Below, in pieces: positions 38,761 to 49,321 of a DNA stretch of 64,000 nt (positions within the stretch are counted from its first letter, which is position 1; every line of letters begins with the position of its first letter). Made by a program: the position numbers and the translations under genes. Origin of the DNA: Rhodothermales bacterium (GTDB lineage: Bacteria > Bacteroidota > Rhodothermia > Rhodothermales > VXPQ01); NCBI GenBank assembly GCA_965232485.1, contig OZ246975.1, forward strand, positions 831,049-895,048. The letters are read 5' to 3'. The notes under the pieces are model-generated. The model worked only from the letters and a program-made list of their open reading frames with translations, was not told the DNA's origin and did no database searches.

Positions 38761-39594
38761 ATGCAACGACTCCGGGAAAAATTGGCGACCTGCAAGCAAC
38801 GCGGCGAAAAGGCCATGGGCTTGTTTATGACGAGCGGCTTCCCCGACCCCGAAAGTACGCTGCCCATTCTGCGCGAAATGGACCGGGGCGGCGCCGATTT
38901 CATCGAACTCGGCATGCCCTTCAGCGACCCGCTTGCGGAAGGATTGCCCATCCAGCGCTCCAGCGAACGCGCTTTGCGGGCAGGCACGCGCATGCAGGAT
39001 ACGTTCCGAACCGCCGCAGGCTTCTGCGCCGAAAGCGATACGCCCCTCCTGCTGATGGGATACGCCAATCCGATCCGGCGATACGGCGCGGCGGCGTTTT
39101 GCCGCGATGCGCGCAGCGCGGGCGTCGAGGCGTTGATTCTGGCCGACGTACCCCTTGAAGAACATCTTCCCTTCGCATGCGAGGCCGCGGCCGCCGGACT
39201 GGGATTCGTCAGCCTGATCGCTCCGAACACGCCGGACGAACGCATTCGGGAGATCGACGAAACCGCCACGGCGTTCGTATACGCCGTCTCAATAACCGGA
39301 CTCACCGGGTCGGGCCTCGGCGCTATTGAAGACGTGGAAACCTACCTGAAGCGGGCGCGCGGCGTGGTGCGCAAAAATCCTCTGCTGGCCGGATTCGGCG
39401 TCCGCAACCATGCCGACGCCGTACGCCTGAGTCGCCATGCCGACGGATTTATTGTCGGATCTGCGCTCATTGAAAAGGTGGAAACGCTGTGGGACGGCGG
39501 ACCGCAACCCGACAAGGCGCGCTATGAAGCCATTCGCCGCTTTGTCCGCGCGCTGAAAGAGGGCGACTCCGCCGCGCGGAAAGAACAGCCGTAA
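38761..39594 (+). CDS. trpA: tryptophan synthase alpha chain
   Basis: Track ORF 38704..39594, with the start at [29 protein letters not shown]. Motifs: [17 protein letters not shown] and GFGV. Confidence 0.94.
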   Translation: MQRLREKLATCKQRGEKAMGLFMTSGFPDPESTLPILREMDRGGADFIELGMPFSDPLAEGLPIQRSSERALRAGTRMQDTFRTAAGFCAESDTPLLLMGYANPIRRYGAAAFCRDARSAGVEALILADVPLEEHLPFACEAAAAGLGFVSLIAPNTPDERIREIDETATAFVYAVSITGLTGSGLGAIEDVETYLKRARGVVRKNPLLAGFGVRNHADAVRLSRHADGFIVGSALIEKVETLWDGGPQPDKARYEAIRRFVRALKEGDSAARKEQP

Positions 39595-39674
39595 GGCGCG
39601 CGGCAACCGGAAACCGCCACGGGCGTTATTAGTAGAGCCTTTTTCTTTTTTCGAACCACCTTCTCGCACGGATC

Positions 39675-40805
39675 ATGACCGCATCTCCCAAGAACATGGC
39701 GACGCTTCGCGCCCTGGCCGCCTGGTTTGCAGCATGCCTCGTTGCGCTGGCCGGGTGCGGCGGCGAAAGCGATTTTCGCCCGAGGGCGGTCGGTCAGGAC
39801 TCCGAAATTCTTATCGTGGTCGATTCGCTGGACTGGAACGGCGCAATCGGGGACGCACTGCGCGAAACGGTCGGACAATTCATCAATACGCTGCCCGCCC
39901 CCGAACGGCAATTTGACTTGCGGCACGTAGGTCTTGCAACCGAACGCGACCTGGAAATGGCGCGACGGCGCAAGAACGTGATCTTCGCAGCGGCCTTCAA
40001 CGACTCCACCAACGAGGCGGAATACCTCCGGAACGTATTCGATCCGGCCACCCGGCAAGCCATTCGCGAGGACGGCGGCGTCGCTGTCTCGCGCGAAAAT
40101 ATTTTTCGTCGGGATCAGCAGGTCTACTACATCGCGGGCGAAAACAAGGAAGATGTCGTACAGGCCATCTACGATCATGCAGAAGGGGTATCCCGCAACT
40201 TCAACCAGGCCGCCCGTCGCCGACTCGCCGAAGAAATGTTCGACCGGGGACGGCAGTTCGAGGTCGAGCAGGAATTGACGTCCATGTACGACTTCGCCGT
40301 GAATGTACAGCACGATTATCTCATTGCGATAGATACAAGCGATTTCGTGTGGCTCCGGCGGATACTGCCCGACACATGGCGAAGCGTGTTCGTGCACTTT
40401 ATTGAGGACGCCGATCCCCGGTTGTTGACGCCCGAGTGGATTTACGACACGCGGGATTCCCTGGCCCGCCAGTACGTCCAGGGAAATCTGGGCGGATGGG
40501 TGGAAATCGACCGCCGGGAACGCAGGCCCCTGGAGACCAGGAACATCGACTTCCTGGGGCGATACGGCTTCGAAACCCGCGGGCTCTGGCGCATGGTTGG
40601 GGTTGAGGACGGGCGAAAAATAGAATTCGGGATGGGCGGACCCTTTATTACCTACGCATTCTACGACGAACCGACGAGACGGCTATACATGATCGACGGA
40701 ATGGTTTTCGCCCCGGGATACGACAAAAGAGAATTCTTGCGGCAGATGGAAGTGATCGCCTGGACATTTCGCGCCGAGGACTCTTCCGAAGAAAACAGTG
40801 GATAA
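39675..40805 (+). CDS. DUF4837-family lipoprotein
   Basis: 376-aa ORF with lipobox LVALAGC|GG. The pattern [22 protein letters not shown]...[10 protein letters not shown]...RRKNVIF is as in Bacteroidota DUF4837 proteins. Confidence 0.7.
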   Translation: MTASPKNMATLRALAAWFAACLVALAGCGGESDFRPRAVGQDSEILIVVDSLDWNGAIGDALRETVGQFINTLPAPERQFDLRHVGLATERDLEMARRRKNVIFAAAFNDSTNEAEYLRNVFDPATRQAIREDGGVAVSRENIFRRDQQVYYIAGENKEDVVQAIYDHAEGVSRNFNQAARRRLAEEMFDRGRQFEVEQELTSMYDFAVNVQHDYLIAIDTSDFVWLRRILPDTWRSVFVHFIEDADPRLLTPEWIYDTRDSLARQYVQGNLGGWVEIDRRERRPLETRNIDFLGRYGFETRGLWRMVGVEDGRKIEFGMGGPFITYAFYDEPTRRLYMIDGMVFAPGYDKREFLRQMEVIAWTFRAEDSSEENSG

Positions 40806-40908
40806 TACGCCCGCTCTCCGAAACATCTTTATACGCTCTTCTGTACGTCCGGCGCCGCATCCTTTTTCCGCAACGGGGCGCCCCGCAAGCATCCCCGCGA
40901 ACGTATCC

Positions 40909-41817
40909 ATGGCCACCGCTACCGATAAATCGTCGCCCGATTCCTCCGTGTTGCGACTCGGACTTCCCAAAGGCAGTCTGCAAGCCGCCACGCTGGAGCT
41001 TTTGCAGCGCGCCGGCTACAATTTTTCGACCCGCGAGCGGTCGTATTTTCCGTCCATGGACGACGAGGAGGTGCGGGCCATGCTGGTTCGGGCCCAGGAA
41101 ATGGCGCGGTACGTCATGGACGGCGTATTCGACGCAGGCATTACAGGCAAGGACTGGGTCCTGGAAACCCAGGCGGACGTGCACCCGGTAAGCGATCTCA
41201 TCTACTCGAAAACAAGCATGCGCCCCGTCCGATGGGTCCTTGCCGTTCCCGAGCATTCCGATATACAGTCCGTAAAAGACCTCCAGGGCAAGCGCATCGC
41301 CACGGAGGTCGTGCATATCGCGAATGCATGGCTTCGCCAGCATGGCGTCGAGGCCGACGTGGAATTTTCCTGGGGGGCCACCGAGGCCAAATGTCCCGAT
41401 CTCGTGGACGCCATCGTCGAGGTGACCGAAACCGGTTCGTCGTTGCGGGCCAACAAACTGCGCATCGCCGAAGTGCTGATGCACTCGAATACGCAACTCA
41501 TCGCCAACAGGGACGCCTGGAAAGACCCCTGGAAGCGGCAAAAAATCGAAAGCATCGCCATGCTGATGCAGGGCGCGATCCGGGCCGAGGGGCGCGTGGG
41601 CCTCAAGCTCAATGCGCAACGCGACCGCGTGGAGCAGATTATCGGATTGCTGCCCGCCATGCGCATGCCCACCGTGGCGCCCCTGGCGAACGGAGACGAT
41701 TGGGTGGCTATCGAAACAGTCGTCGAAGAACGCCATGTACGGCGTCTTATCCCCGATCTCAAACGACTCGGCGCCGAAGGCATCATTGAGTATGCCCTGA
41801 ACAAAATCATTCCGTAG
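40909..41817 (+). CDS. hisG: ATP phosphoribosyltransferase (long form with C-terminal regulatory domain)
   Basis: Track ORF 40798..41817, with the start at MATATDKSS... Motifs: [36 protein letters not shown]. Confidence 0.9.
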   Translation: MATATDKSSPDSSVLRLGLPKGSLQAATLELLQRAGYNFSTRERSYFPSMDDEEVRAMLVRAQEMARYVMDGVFDAGITGKDWVLETQADVHPVSDLIYSKTSMRPVRWVLAVPEHSDIQSVKDLQGKRIATEVVHIANAWLRQHGVEADVEFSWGATEAKCPDLVDAIVEVTETGSSLRANKLRIAEVLMHSNTQLIANRDAWKDPWKRQKIESIAMLMQGAIRAEGRVGLKLNAQRDRVEQIIGLLPAMRMPTVAPLANGDDWVAIETVVEERHVRRLIPDLKRLGAEGIIEYALNKIIP

Positions 41818-41827
41818 CGACCCGGGC

Positions 41828-42241
41828 ATGACGCACCCGCCTCCCGCCTCGTCTTGCCTGCCGGAAACCGTCGTTCGGATCGGATCCCTTGCGGCGATCA
41901 TATCGGGTCTTGTCCTGGTTATGCTCCCTGCATGCAGCGACCATGGGCGGGCGCCTGTCCCGGACGCCGCCATGGTGGCCGTACTGGCCGAAATGCACCT
42001 CTTGCAAGCCCGGGCCGAACACACGGGAATTCCTGTCGCCGAGGCGCAGGATTCGCTTCTTGCAGCCCATGGGCTCGACAGCGCAGCCTGGGCAAACGCC
42101 GTGACCTGGTATACGTCCCGCCCGGAAATCCTGGCCGGAATATACGGGCGCGTCGTCGATACGCTTCAGGTGCGGCAAATACCCGACGTCGAGCCCGACG
42201 CCGCTATGACGACGCCAGGATCCCCGTTGCCTTTGCCGTAA
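41828..42241 (+). CDS. DUF4296-like small lipoprotein
   Basis: 137-aa ORF with lipobox VMLPAC|SD followed by MVAVLAEMHLLQARAE, a DUF4296-like motif. Its 3' end overlaps the convergent recQ by 38 nt. Confidence 0.55.
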   Translation: MTHPPPASSCLPETVVRIGSLAAIISGLVLVMLPACSDHGRAPVPDAAMVAVLAEMHLLQARAEHTGIPVAEAQDSLLAAHGLDSAAWANAVTWYTSRPEILAGIYGRVVDTLQVRQIPDVEPDAAMTTPGSPLPLP

Positions 42242-44162
42242 GCTCCAGCGCGCTGCCCAAGGACCGAGACGGCGCAAGATACCCCTCGTTCATAAGCCAG
42301 CCGATCAACTGATCGATCCGGTACGCAGGCGTTCGCGTACCTTCAAGCCATTCCCGACGAGGTTTTCCCTCGGCGATATGCCGAAGCAACTGTCGCACGA
42401 TCGGCGAATCGGGGGACGGCGGCTGGTATGCTTCATGTCGTCCGAGACATACGTCGCACGCACCGCATCGCTCCGACGTCGTTTCGCCAAAATACGTCAG
42501 GAGAAAATGCCGCCGGCAGGTCGTCGAACGCGCAAACCGGATCATCTGATCGAGTTGCGCCTCCGCCCGCTTGCGCGCAGCCTGCACCCGGTCGCCGTCA
42601 ATGGGAAGGCGAGCGCTGCGGGCATGCGTCAGCGCAACGCGCACCGACCGATCCGGAGGAATCCAGTCGAGCCATTCCCCTTTTTGCAAATATTCCAGGC
42701 CTTTCAGCAGGCGTTCCCGGACCAGTCCGGTCCGACGGGCCAAAATACGGACATCGATTTCCCGCCAATCCGAAAAAGCGCCCGCATCCACCGTACGCAA
42801 TAGCGCCTGCACAAACGCGCCGAAGGATGTCTGATCGTTCTGATCGGCATACTCCCGAAACGCCGCAGCGTCCCGGCGGCAACGAATCAGTCCGGCGTGC
42901 TCCCGTTGCGGAAGGATTTTCCAGGCGTCCTGCCGTTCGAGCAGGGTGACTGCGGTGTGAATTTTCCCCCTGGCGAACCCCGTGAGGCGGCGCACGGCGT
43001 CGATCTGCACCGGCGCGGGGGCATCCGCTTCGGCGGCCACGGCCACCTGCGCGAGACTGCACACCGTGTCATACACCTTGCGCATTTCTTTCGGCGCAGG
43101 ATGGCTTTCCTCAATGAGCCTGCGCGGCGTATCCTCGTCCCCCTGATGATACAGAAGCGCGGCCCAGGATATCTCGCCATCTCTTCCCCCGCGCCCCGCC
43201 TCCTGATAATATCCTTCCAGCGTACCCGGCAAATCGACATGCACGACGAAGCGCACATTCGGTTTGTCGATGCCCATCCCGAAGGCATTCGTGGCCACCA
43301 TAATCCGCTGATCGCCCCGCACCCATCCATTCTGCATCCGTTCCCGCACAGAACCTTCCATCCCGCCGTGATACGACGCAACGGACAAATTGCGTCGCGC
43401 AAGCCAGGCGGCCCACCGTTCGACGCCCTTGCGGGTGCTCGAATACAAAATACCGGGGCCGGGAACGCCTTCCAGCACGTCCAGCACCTTCGTGCGCTTG
43501 TTTTCTGTCCGAAAAACGGACCAGACGATATTCGAACGATCGAATCCTCGAATAATGCGTTCCGGCTGGCGCAACGCCAACTGCTCGACAATATCCTTGC
43601 GCACATGGGGCGTTGCGGTCGCGGTAACGGCGATCGTCGGGGGATCGCCCATGTGCTTGCGCGCGGCGGCAATCCGGAGGTAGGAAGGCCGGAAATTATG
43701 CCCCCACTCGGAAATACAGTGCGCCTCGTCTACGGCAAGCAAGGAAATGTTCATGCGCGAGGCCCGCGCGACAAACTTCTCCGACGCCAATCGTTCCGGG
43801 GCAAGATACAGCAAGCGATATCGCCCATACTCGGCGTCGAGCCATCGCTGTTCTATCTCGCGGCGCGACAAGGCGCTGTTGATGTAGGCCGCCTTGACGC
43901 CATGTGCATTCAGCGCCGACACCTGATCCTGCATGAGCGCAATCAACGGAGAAATAACCAGGGTGAGGCCCTCGTACAACAACGCCGGAACCTGGTAACA
44001 GATAGATTTCCCCCCGCCGGTGGGCAATACCGCAAGCACGTCCCGCCCTTCGACAATAGGCTGAATGATGTCCCATTGCCCGGGGCGAAAGTCGTCGTAC
44101 CCCCAATACTTGCGGAGCACGCGACGAGCGTCTTCGCAGGATGGATACTTTCTCTCTGTCAT
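42204..44162 (-). CDS. recQ: ATP-dependent DNA helicase, RecQ family
   Basis: 652-aa ORF, FRPGQWDIIQ...LPTGGGKSICYQVPA...DEAHCISEWGHNFRP...ATNAFGMGIDKPNVRFVVH...QEAGRGGRDG, with a C-terminal Zn-binding CGACDVC. Confidence 0.9.
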   Translation of the reverse strand: MTERKYPSCEDARRVLRKYWGYDDFRPGQWDIIQPIVEGRDVLAVLPTGGGKSICYQVPALLYEGLTLVISPLIALMQDQVSALNAHGVKAAYINSALSRREIEQRWLDAEYGRYRLLYLAPERLASEKFVARASRMNISLLAVDEAHCISEWGHNFRPSYLRIAAARKHMGDPPTIAVTATATPHVRKDIVEQLALRQPERIIRGFDRSNIVWSVFRTENKRTKVLDVLEGVPGPGILYSSTRKGVERWAAWLARRNLSVASYHGGMEGSVRERMQNGWVRGDQRIMVATNAFGMGIDKPNVRFVVHVDLPGTLEGYYQEAGRGGRDGEISWAALLYHQGDEDTPRRLIEESHPAPKEMRKVYDTVCSLAQVAVAAEADAPAPVQIDAVRRLTGFARGKIHTAVTLLERQDAWKILPQREHAGLIRCRRDAAAFREYADQNDQTSFGAFVQALLRTVDAGAFSDWREIDVRILARRTGLVRERLLKGLEYLQKGEWLDWIPPDRSVRVALTHARSARLPIDGDRVQAARKRAEAQLDQMIRFARSTTCRRHFLLTYFGETTSERCGACDVCLGRHEAYQPPSPDSPIVRQLLRHIAEGKPRREWLEGTRTPAYRIDQLIGWLMNEGYLAPSRSLGSALELTAKATGILASS

Positions 44163-44270
44163 AGCGCCCGAACGATACTGCGTTCAACTCGTTGGATAAC
44201 CGCATAATGCCTGTCCGCCCCGCCGGATTCGCAGTGAAAATACGATCCCGCGCAAGAAAGCCCAGTCGGC

Positions 44271-45332
44271 ATGGCCGAAACACGCCCTCGGGTATCCATT
44301 ATTATTGTTACCTGGAATGCATTGCCGCTCCTGAAGCAATGTTTCCCTTCCGTTGCGGCGACCCGATACGAACATCTGGAAATCGTGCTGGCCGACAATG
44401 CTTCGGACGACGGCTCCGCCGAATGGATCCGGAAGCATTTCCCGGCCGCCCGGGTGCTGCGCTATACGGAAAACGCCCTGTTTTGCCGCGGCAATAACCA
44501 GGCTATTCCGCATACTACGGGAAAATATGTGTTGCTGCTGAATAACGACGTCGCCGTGCCGCCCGATTGGCTCGATCCGCTCGTGGACGAAATGGAAGCC
44601 CATGACGACATAGCGGCCGTACAGCCCAAGATATTGCAATACGAGGACCGATCCATGTTCGAATACGCCGGCGCTTCGGGGGGGTTCATGGATCGGCTGG
44701 GATATCCTTTTGCCCGCGGGCGCATTTTTTTCCAGACGGAGAAGGATCGCGGGCAATACGACGAACCCCGGGATGTTTTCTGGGGATCGGGAGCTGCGCT
44801 TTTGCTCCGCCGATCTGCCCTGAACGAAGTGGGATTGCTGGACGAGCGCTTCGAAATGCACATGGAAGAAATAGACCTGTGCTGGCGACTCCAGCGGGCC
44901 GGATACCGGGTCCGCGTACAACCCGCCAGCGAAGCATATCATATCGGAGGCGGAACGTTGCAGCGGGGAAGCATCCGCAAAACGTATCTGACGTTCCGGA
45001 ATAATCTGCTCATGCTGTACAAAAATCTTCCGGAATCCGAATGGAAACGGGTCTTCGCCGCGCGATGCGCCCTGGATGCGACGGCGGCGGCGCGGACGCT
45101 TGCGCAGGGACGCCCCGCGGAAGCCGCGGCCATCATGCGGGCCTATACCGATGCGCATCGCATGAAGGATTCCTGGACTTGCGGCGGCGAACGACCGGAA
45201 ACGCTTGCAGACACGGTGCTGCCTACCTACAGGAACAGCATCGTCGTGGATTATTTCGCTCGAGGGCGGCGGCGCTTCGACGCGTTGCCGCAAAAAGCCT
45301 TTGCGCCGCCAACGACGCGCAAGCCCGCGTAG
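44271..45332 (+). CDS. family 2 glycosyltransferase
   Basis: 353-aa ORF, VSIIIVTWNALPLL...ADNASDDGS...LLLNNDV...GSGAALLLRR...EEIDLCWR, a GT-A fold with DxD-like motifs. Confidence 0.85.
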   Translation: MAETRPRVSIIIVTWNALPLLKQCFPSVAATRYEHLEIVLADNASDDGSAEWIRKHFPAARVLRYTENALFCRGNNQAIPHTTGKYVLLLNNDVAVPPDWLDPLVDEMEAHDDIAAVQPKILQYEDRSMFEYAGASGGFMDRLGYPFARGRIFFQTEKDRGQYDEPRDVFWGSGAALLLRRSALNEVGLLDERFEMHMEEIDLCWRLQRAGYRVRVQPASEAYHIGGGTLQRGSIRKTYLTFRNNLLMLYKNLPESEWKRVFAARCALDATAAARTLAQGRPAEAAAIMRAYTDAHRMKDSWTCGGERPETLADTVLPTYRNSIVVDYFARGRRRFDALPQKAFAPPTTRKPA

Positions 45333-45338
45333 CATCCT

Positions 45339-46265
45339 TTAATCCGCGCCCGAAATGGCCGCCTGCGCGCGACGGCTATACAGTACGACGAACGAAATAG
45401 CGATCAGCGTCGCCAGCATGCCCGCCATGGCGATAGCGCTTGGCGATTCGTCGAATATAACATAGGCAAGCAGCGAGGCGCCGATCGGCTCCACAAGTCC
45501 CAGCACGCCAACGAGGGCAGCCGACACATAGCGAATGGCATAATTAAAAGCCCCGTGCCCCATGATTTGCGGCCCAAGGGCAAGGCCCGCGCACAGTACG
45601 TAAAATAGCGGGTCGAACCCCCACAAAGGCGTATCGAGAAGCAGGGCCATGCCGAGCGTGGCGAGGGCAGCGATGGCGTACAAGGGGAACACATAGGCCA
45701 GCCAGGAATGCTTCTGCCGCACGACCCGACCCATCAAAAGATAGACGCTGAAAAACAACGAACCTGTCAGGGCCAGGCCATTGCCGAAAAGCGTCCCGCC
45801 GCCCGCCGCAAGCATATCTCCTGCGCCGATGACCACCGCGCCCGCCACAGCCGCGACAATGGCCGCATGCACGGGTTTCGAGAGCCGCTCGTTCAGAAAA
45901 ACGTATCCAAGCGCCGCAAGAAATACCGGGCTGGTCGTAATGAGTACGGACGCCGCCGCCACCGTGGTATGGTATAGCGATTCGATCCATAACACGAAAT
46001 GCAGCCCAAGCAACAGGCCGCCGGGGACAATCAGGCGCCATTCGCGGCGTCCTATCGCTTTGATCTCGGTTCGCGCATGCACCCAGGCAAAAGGCGCCAA
46101 TGCTACGGCTGCCATCATGGTGCGCCAGGCGGCAACCGCCAGGCCCGGCGCTTCTCCTCCCGCCGCGCCCCCTGCAAACCGGATCAGAATCGGGCTGAAC
46201 GAAAAACTGAGCACCCCGGCGGCAAGCGCCCCATACACCCAGGCCGACCCGTTTCTGTTGCGCAT
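45339..46265 (-). CDS. EamA/DMT-family transporter
   Basis: Track ORF 45339..46496. The N-terminal 77 codons overlap the DUF4293 gene and look spurious, so the start is taken at MRNRNGSAWVYGALAAGVLSFSFSPILIRF. The protein has about 10 TM helices and two EamA repeats. Confidence 0.8.
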   Translation of the reverse strand: MRNRNGSAWVYGALAAGVLSFSFSPILIRFAGGAAGGEAPGLAVAAWRTMMAAVALAPFAWVHARTEIKAIGRREWRLIVPGGLLLGLHFVLWIESLYHTTVAAASVLITTSPVFLAALGYVFLNERLSKPVHAAIVAAVAGAVVIGAGDMLAAGGGTLFGNGLALTGSLFFSVYLLMGRVVRQKHSWLAYVFPLYAIAALATLGMALLLDTPLWGFDPLFYVLCAGLALGPQIMGHGAFNYAIRYVSAALVGVLGLVEPIGASLLAYVIFDESPSAIAMAGMLATLIAISFVVLYSRRAQAAISGAD

Positions 46266-46293
46266 GGCGCTGTTTCCAAAGTCGGACAAAGGT

Positions 46294-46698
46294 TCAGCGG
46301 ATACGATCCGCCGAACGCGCCAACGCAATATCCGCGTGGATGGCCCGCCGCGCCAGCCAGAAAAAACCGTAGGCGCAAACAAGCAACGCCATCGGAAGGA
46401 GATTGCTGGTTGCATCGTCGCCCGCGCGGGCGCCGCCGAGATACAGCGCCGCGGTAAACAAGCCCATCCAGAGCAGCGTGCACACTTGCGCGGCAAGCGT
46501 CGTCATATGCTGGCGCTTCCGATTTCCGTACAGGAAAATGGCGACGATCCCCAGCAGGCCGGCCAACGCCCCCACGCCGGACGCAACCGGAGCGTATCCA
46601 GAAAACGCAACGGCGACGATGTCGGTCCAGAAAAACAAAACAACGGCAAGCGCCAGGGATCCCAAAAGCAGGTATGCCGATTGTTTACGCTGAATCAT
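46294..46698 (-). CDS. DUF4293-family integral membrane protein
   Basis: 134-aa ORF with 4 TM segments. The N-terminus MIQRKQSAYLLLGSLALAVVLFF is typical of DUF4293. Confidence 0.65.
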   Translation of the reverse strand: MIQRKQSAYLLLGSLALAVVLFFWTDIVAVAFSGYAPVASGVGALAGLLGIVAIFLYGNRKRQHMTTLAAQVCTLLWMGLFTAALYLGGARAGDDATSNLLPMALLVCAYGFFWLARRAIHADIALARSADRIR

Positions 46699-46749
46699 GG
46701 TTCTGCGCGCAGTCCCAGGCCATAGCCTGCTCCCGATAAACGAACGACG

Positions 46750-46787
46750 AACTCGAAAACAGAAAAACCCCGCCGTGCCCGGCGGGG
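46750..46787 (-). terminator. rho-independent terminator of the exbBD operon
   Basis: Perfect 8-bp GC stem CCCCGCCG-GGCA-CGGCGGGG followed on the minus strand by TTTTTCTGTTTTC, 66 nt after the exbD stop. Confidence 0.8.
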
Positions 46788-46852
46788 TTTCCCGGAAAAT
46801 TTACAAATCTCCGCGCGCGCGCCTTTCCAGGCGTGCGCGGGGCGCAAACAGC

Positions 46853-47305
46853 CTACGATATTTCGGGCTTGCTGGAATAATTGATGCGCAACGTGCCCGC
46901 CTCTCGCAATTCCTGCTGGACATCGATCACAATGCCCATTTCCGACGATTCATCCGCGCGAATGGACACGATGAGTTTCGGTTGCTCAAGCAGCTTGCGG
47001 TACATAATGTTGCGAATCGAAGGGATATCTTCGATCAGCACATCGTCAATCTGCACGGAGGTATCCCCCAACTGGTTGTCGGCCAGTTTGAGCGGCCCCA
47101 AATACACATAGGACACCAGCCGCTTTTGATCGATCTTGGTAAGCGCCTCGGCGCGCGGCAAGGTAGTGCGCACCTGGATCTCCGTTTCGCGCAGGACGGT
47201 CGTCACCATGAAGAAGATGATGAGCATAAAAATGATGTCCGGCATGGACGCCATCGGAATGCTTGGACTCGACTTTGCGCTTTTTTTCTGAAAGTGCGTG
47301 GACAT
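46853..47305 (-). CDS. exbD: ExbD/TolR-family biopolymer transport protein
   Basis: 150-aa ORF, SIPMASMPDIIFMLIIFFMVTT (N-terminal TM helix), followed by an ExbD periplasmic domain. Confidence 0.88.
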   Translation of the reverse strand: MSTHFQKKSAKSSPSIPMASMPDIIFMLIIFFMVTTVLRETEIQVRTTLPRAEALTKIDQKRLVSYVYLGPLKLADNQLGDTSVQIDDVLIEDIPSIRNIMYRKLLEQPKLIVSIRADESSEMGIVIDVQQELREAGTLRINYSSKPEIS

Positions 47306-47354
47306 AATGACCGCTTGGCTACTTGTCGTACTGCAAGAAAAGGCCGATTATCGC

Positions 47355-47918
47355 TTAGCCCGCATCCGGCTCCGCGATGGAAATCTGCGCCTTGATCTTC
47401 TTGCGAATCTGATTCTCTTCGTTGTTTTCGTCAATGTAGTCCCGATACGTAGCGTAATCGGGAAACCCGATTGTGCGCGCTTCGGCGTCCCACATTTCGA
47501 AATACGCCATCCATATCTCGTCGATCACGTCGATATAGACCTCGTACGGCGTTTGCCGGTCCGTTTTTAAGGAAACGACCGCCTTGGCCATCGATTCGGC
47601 GTATCGAGGGTCCTCGCCTTCGTTCAGGGTATGCTTCTTGACTTCCTCGCGCACCCTCGGAATCGCCGAAGGAATGTCTTCGATCAGCACGCGCCCCTCG
47701 GCATTGGCGAGAATCTTGAGCATGTTGCGCTCCTTGACCGGAGGCGGCTCCTGGTTCTCGTCCAGTTTTGGGGGCAGGGTCATGCCGATGCCCGTGTCCA
47801 CATTGATGGTCGTCGTAACGAGGAAGAAGATGAGCAAAAGGAAAGCGATATCCGCCATGGAGGCGGTGGGTATTTCCCCGCCTTCCCGCTCCTTCTTCTT
47901 TTTAAGCAATCCAGCCAT
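47355..47918 (-). CDS. exbD: ExbD/TolR-family biopolymer transport protein (long C-terminal variant)
   Basis: 187-aa ORF, EIPTASMADIAFLLLIFFLVTT, then an ExbD domain with an acidic C-terminal extension. Confidence 0.88.
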   Translation of the reverse strand: MAGLLKKKKEREGGEIPTASMADIAFLLLIFFLVTTTINVDTGIGMTLPPKLDENQEPPPVKERNMLKILANAEGRVLIEDIPSAIPRVREEVKKHTLNEGEDPRYAESMAKAVVSLKTDRQTPYEVYIDVIDEIWMAYFEMWDAEARTIGFPDYATYRDYIDENNEENQIRKKIKAQISIAEPDAG

Positions 47919-47998
47919 GACGCCTTGCGTATTGGTGCTTGAGAATGCCCTCGTTCAGAAAGCAGTCCGTTACGCCGGACTGGGCCGAGCGAGGATCG

Positions 47999-48274
47999 TC
48001 AGTTGTTGAACAAGCTCCGGATTCCGGATACCAGCAGGCCTATGACCGCCAGCGCGAACATGATGACCAGCGTATAGATGCCTGCGATGGCCCAATCCCC
48101 AACGATCAGGCCAAGGATGAGCAACAGAATCACCGGAACGAGTATGATCGCGCCGGTAAACAGGTTGATCTTTCCGTTCATGATGCTCTTGACGCCGAAC
48201 AGCAACATGCCGAGCAAGCCGAGGCCCAGAATAACCGCAGCGATCCAGATAGCGATAGGAACTAAGGTGTCCAT
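47999..48274 (-). CDS. hypothetical small multi-pass membrane protein inside the exbB-exbD operon
   Basis: 91-aa ORF that is almost entirely hydrophobic (3 predicted TM helices). It is flanked by 20-nt and 80-nt gaps within the operon. I recognise no family. Confidence 0.55.
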   Translation of the reverse strand: MDTLVPIAIWIAAVILGLGLLGMLLFGVKSIMNGKINLFTGAIILVPVILLLILGLIVGDWAIAGIYTLVIMFALAVIGLLVSGIRSLFNN

Positions 48275-48294
48275 AGTCTAAAGAACGTTTGCGG

Positions 48295-49035
48295 TTAGAC
48301 GGAATCACCGTCGGAATCGTTGGAATCGGCGGCAGCCTGCGACATAACCGGACGGCCCGCCTGCAGCAACACCAGCGAATCGATCAGTTCGATGGAAGCA
48401 TCTTCCATTTCCACAACGATGCGGTCGATCTTCGACACCGCGTAGTTATAGAAGAATTGCAGGATGATCGCGACGATAAGGCCGAACGCCGTAGTCAGGA
48501 GCGCCACCTTGATGCCGCCCGCCACGAGGCTCGGGGAGATATCGCCCGCCGACTCGATGGCGTCGAAAGCCTCGATCATGCCGACCACCGTTCCAAGGAA
48601 CCCAAGCATCGGGGCAAGACTGATGAACAGGGAGAGCCAGACCAGCCCGCGCTCCAGAAAGCTCATCTCAATGGAGCCATAGGAAACCACGGCCTTTTCC
48701 ACAGCCTCAATGCCCTCTTCGTGACGCAAGAGGCCCGCCTGAAAAACGGCGGCGACAGGGCCGCGCGTCTTCGCGCAGATCTCCTCTGCGGAGGAAACGC
48801 CGCTGTCCTCAAGCGAATGCTTGACGTCAACAATGAATTTGCGGGTGTTGATGTCGGCCCTGTTGAGCGTGATAATGCGTTCGAACGCAATAGCAAGCCC
48901 AATGATCAAACAGATCAGAACAGGCCACATCCAGTCGCCGCCCTCGTTAAAGCGCTCTACAAGAACGTTGATAAAGCCTCCATCCGTGGAAGCCGCGTCC
49001 TGCAAAAGCAATACCATCAAGTTAGAAAGATTCAT
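48295..49035 (-). CDS. exbB: MotA/TolQ/ExbB proton-channel protein
   Basis: 246-aa ORF, WPVLICLIIGLAIAFER...LAPMLGFLGTVVGMIEAF...GGIKVALLTTAFGLIVAI. Confidence 0.9.
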   Translation of the reverse strand: MNLSNLMVLLLQDAASTDGGFINVLVERFNEGGDWMWPVLICLIIGLAIAFERIITLNRADINTRKFIVDVKHSLEDSGVSSAEEICAKTRGPVAAVFQAGLLRHEEGIEAVEKAVVSYGSIEMSFLERGLVWLSLFISLAPMLGFLGTVVGMIEAFDAIESAGDISPSLVAGGIKVALLTTAFGLIVAIILQFFYNYAVSKIDRIVVEMEDASIELIDSLVLLQAGRPVMSQAAADSNDSDGDSV

Positions 49036-49221
49036 GGATTGGCTCCTCCGGAAAACACGGTGTTTCAGTTACAAAGTATGTTCTGTTGCAAGGGACGCCG
49101 CGCTATGCGCGAAGCCCCTCCGCTTATCCGGCGTTTGCGCCATACCGCACAGGGCACGCAATGGCGCCGGCGCTTGCCGGACATTGCATTTCCCGATAAA
49201 TCCGAAACGCCGTATCGGTTG

Positions 49222-49250
49222 AGTATACCCATTGAAAACCGAAGTGTCAA
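49222..49250 (-). promoter_or_regulatory. near-consensus sigma70 promoter upstream of exbB
   Basis: Minus strand TTGACA-17 nt-TATACT. It would give a 5' UTR of roughly 180 nt before the exbB ATG (GGAGGAG Shine-Dalgarno at about 49045). Confidence 0.55.
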
Positions 49251-49321
49251 TGCGTAAACGAAAAACATTGCCATTTCGGGCGTTTTTTTATTCGAATCAT
49301 GGATAAATAAGGCGCTTCGCG

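Noticed and set aside
46853-49035. Visibly lower GC in the exbBD region as a sign of horizontal transfer.
   Set aside because: The drop is modest and is explained by the Lys/Ile/Asn/Glu-rich composition of these proteins. There are no flanking mobility genes or tRNA-adjacent junctions, and the operon is typical core content.
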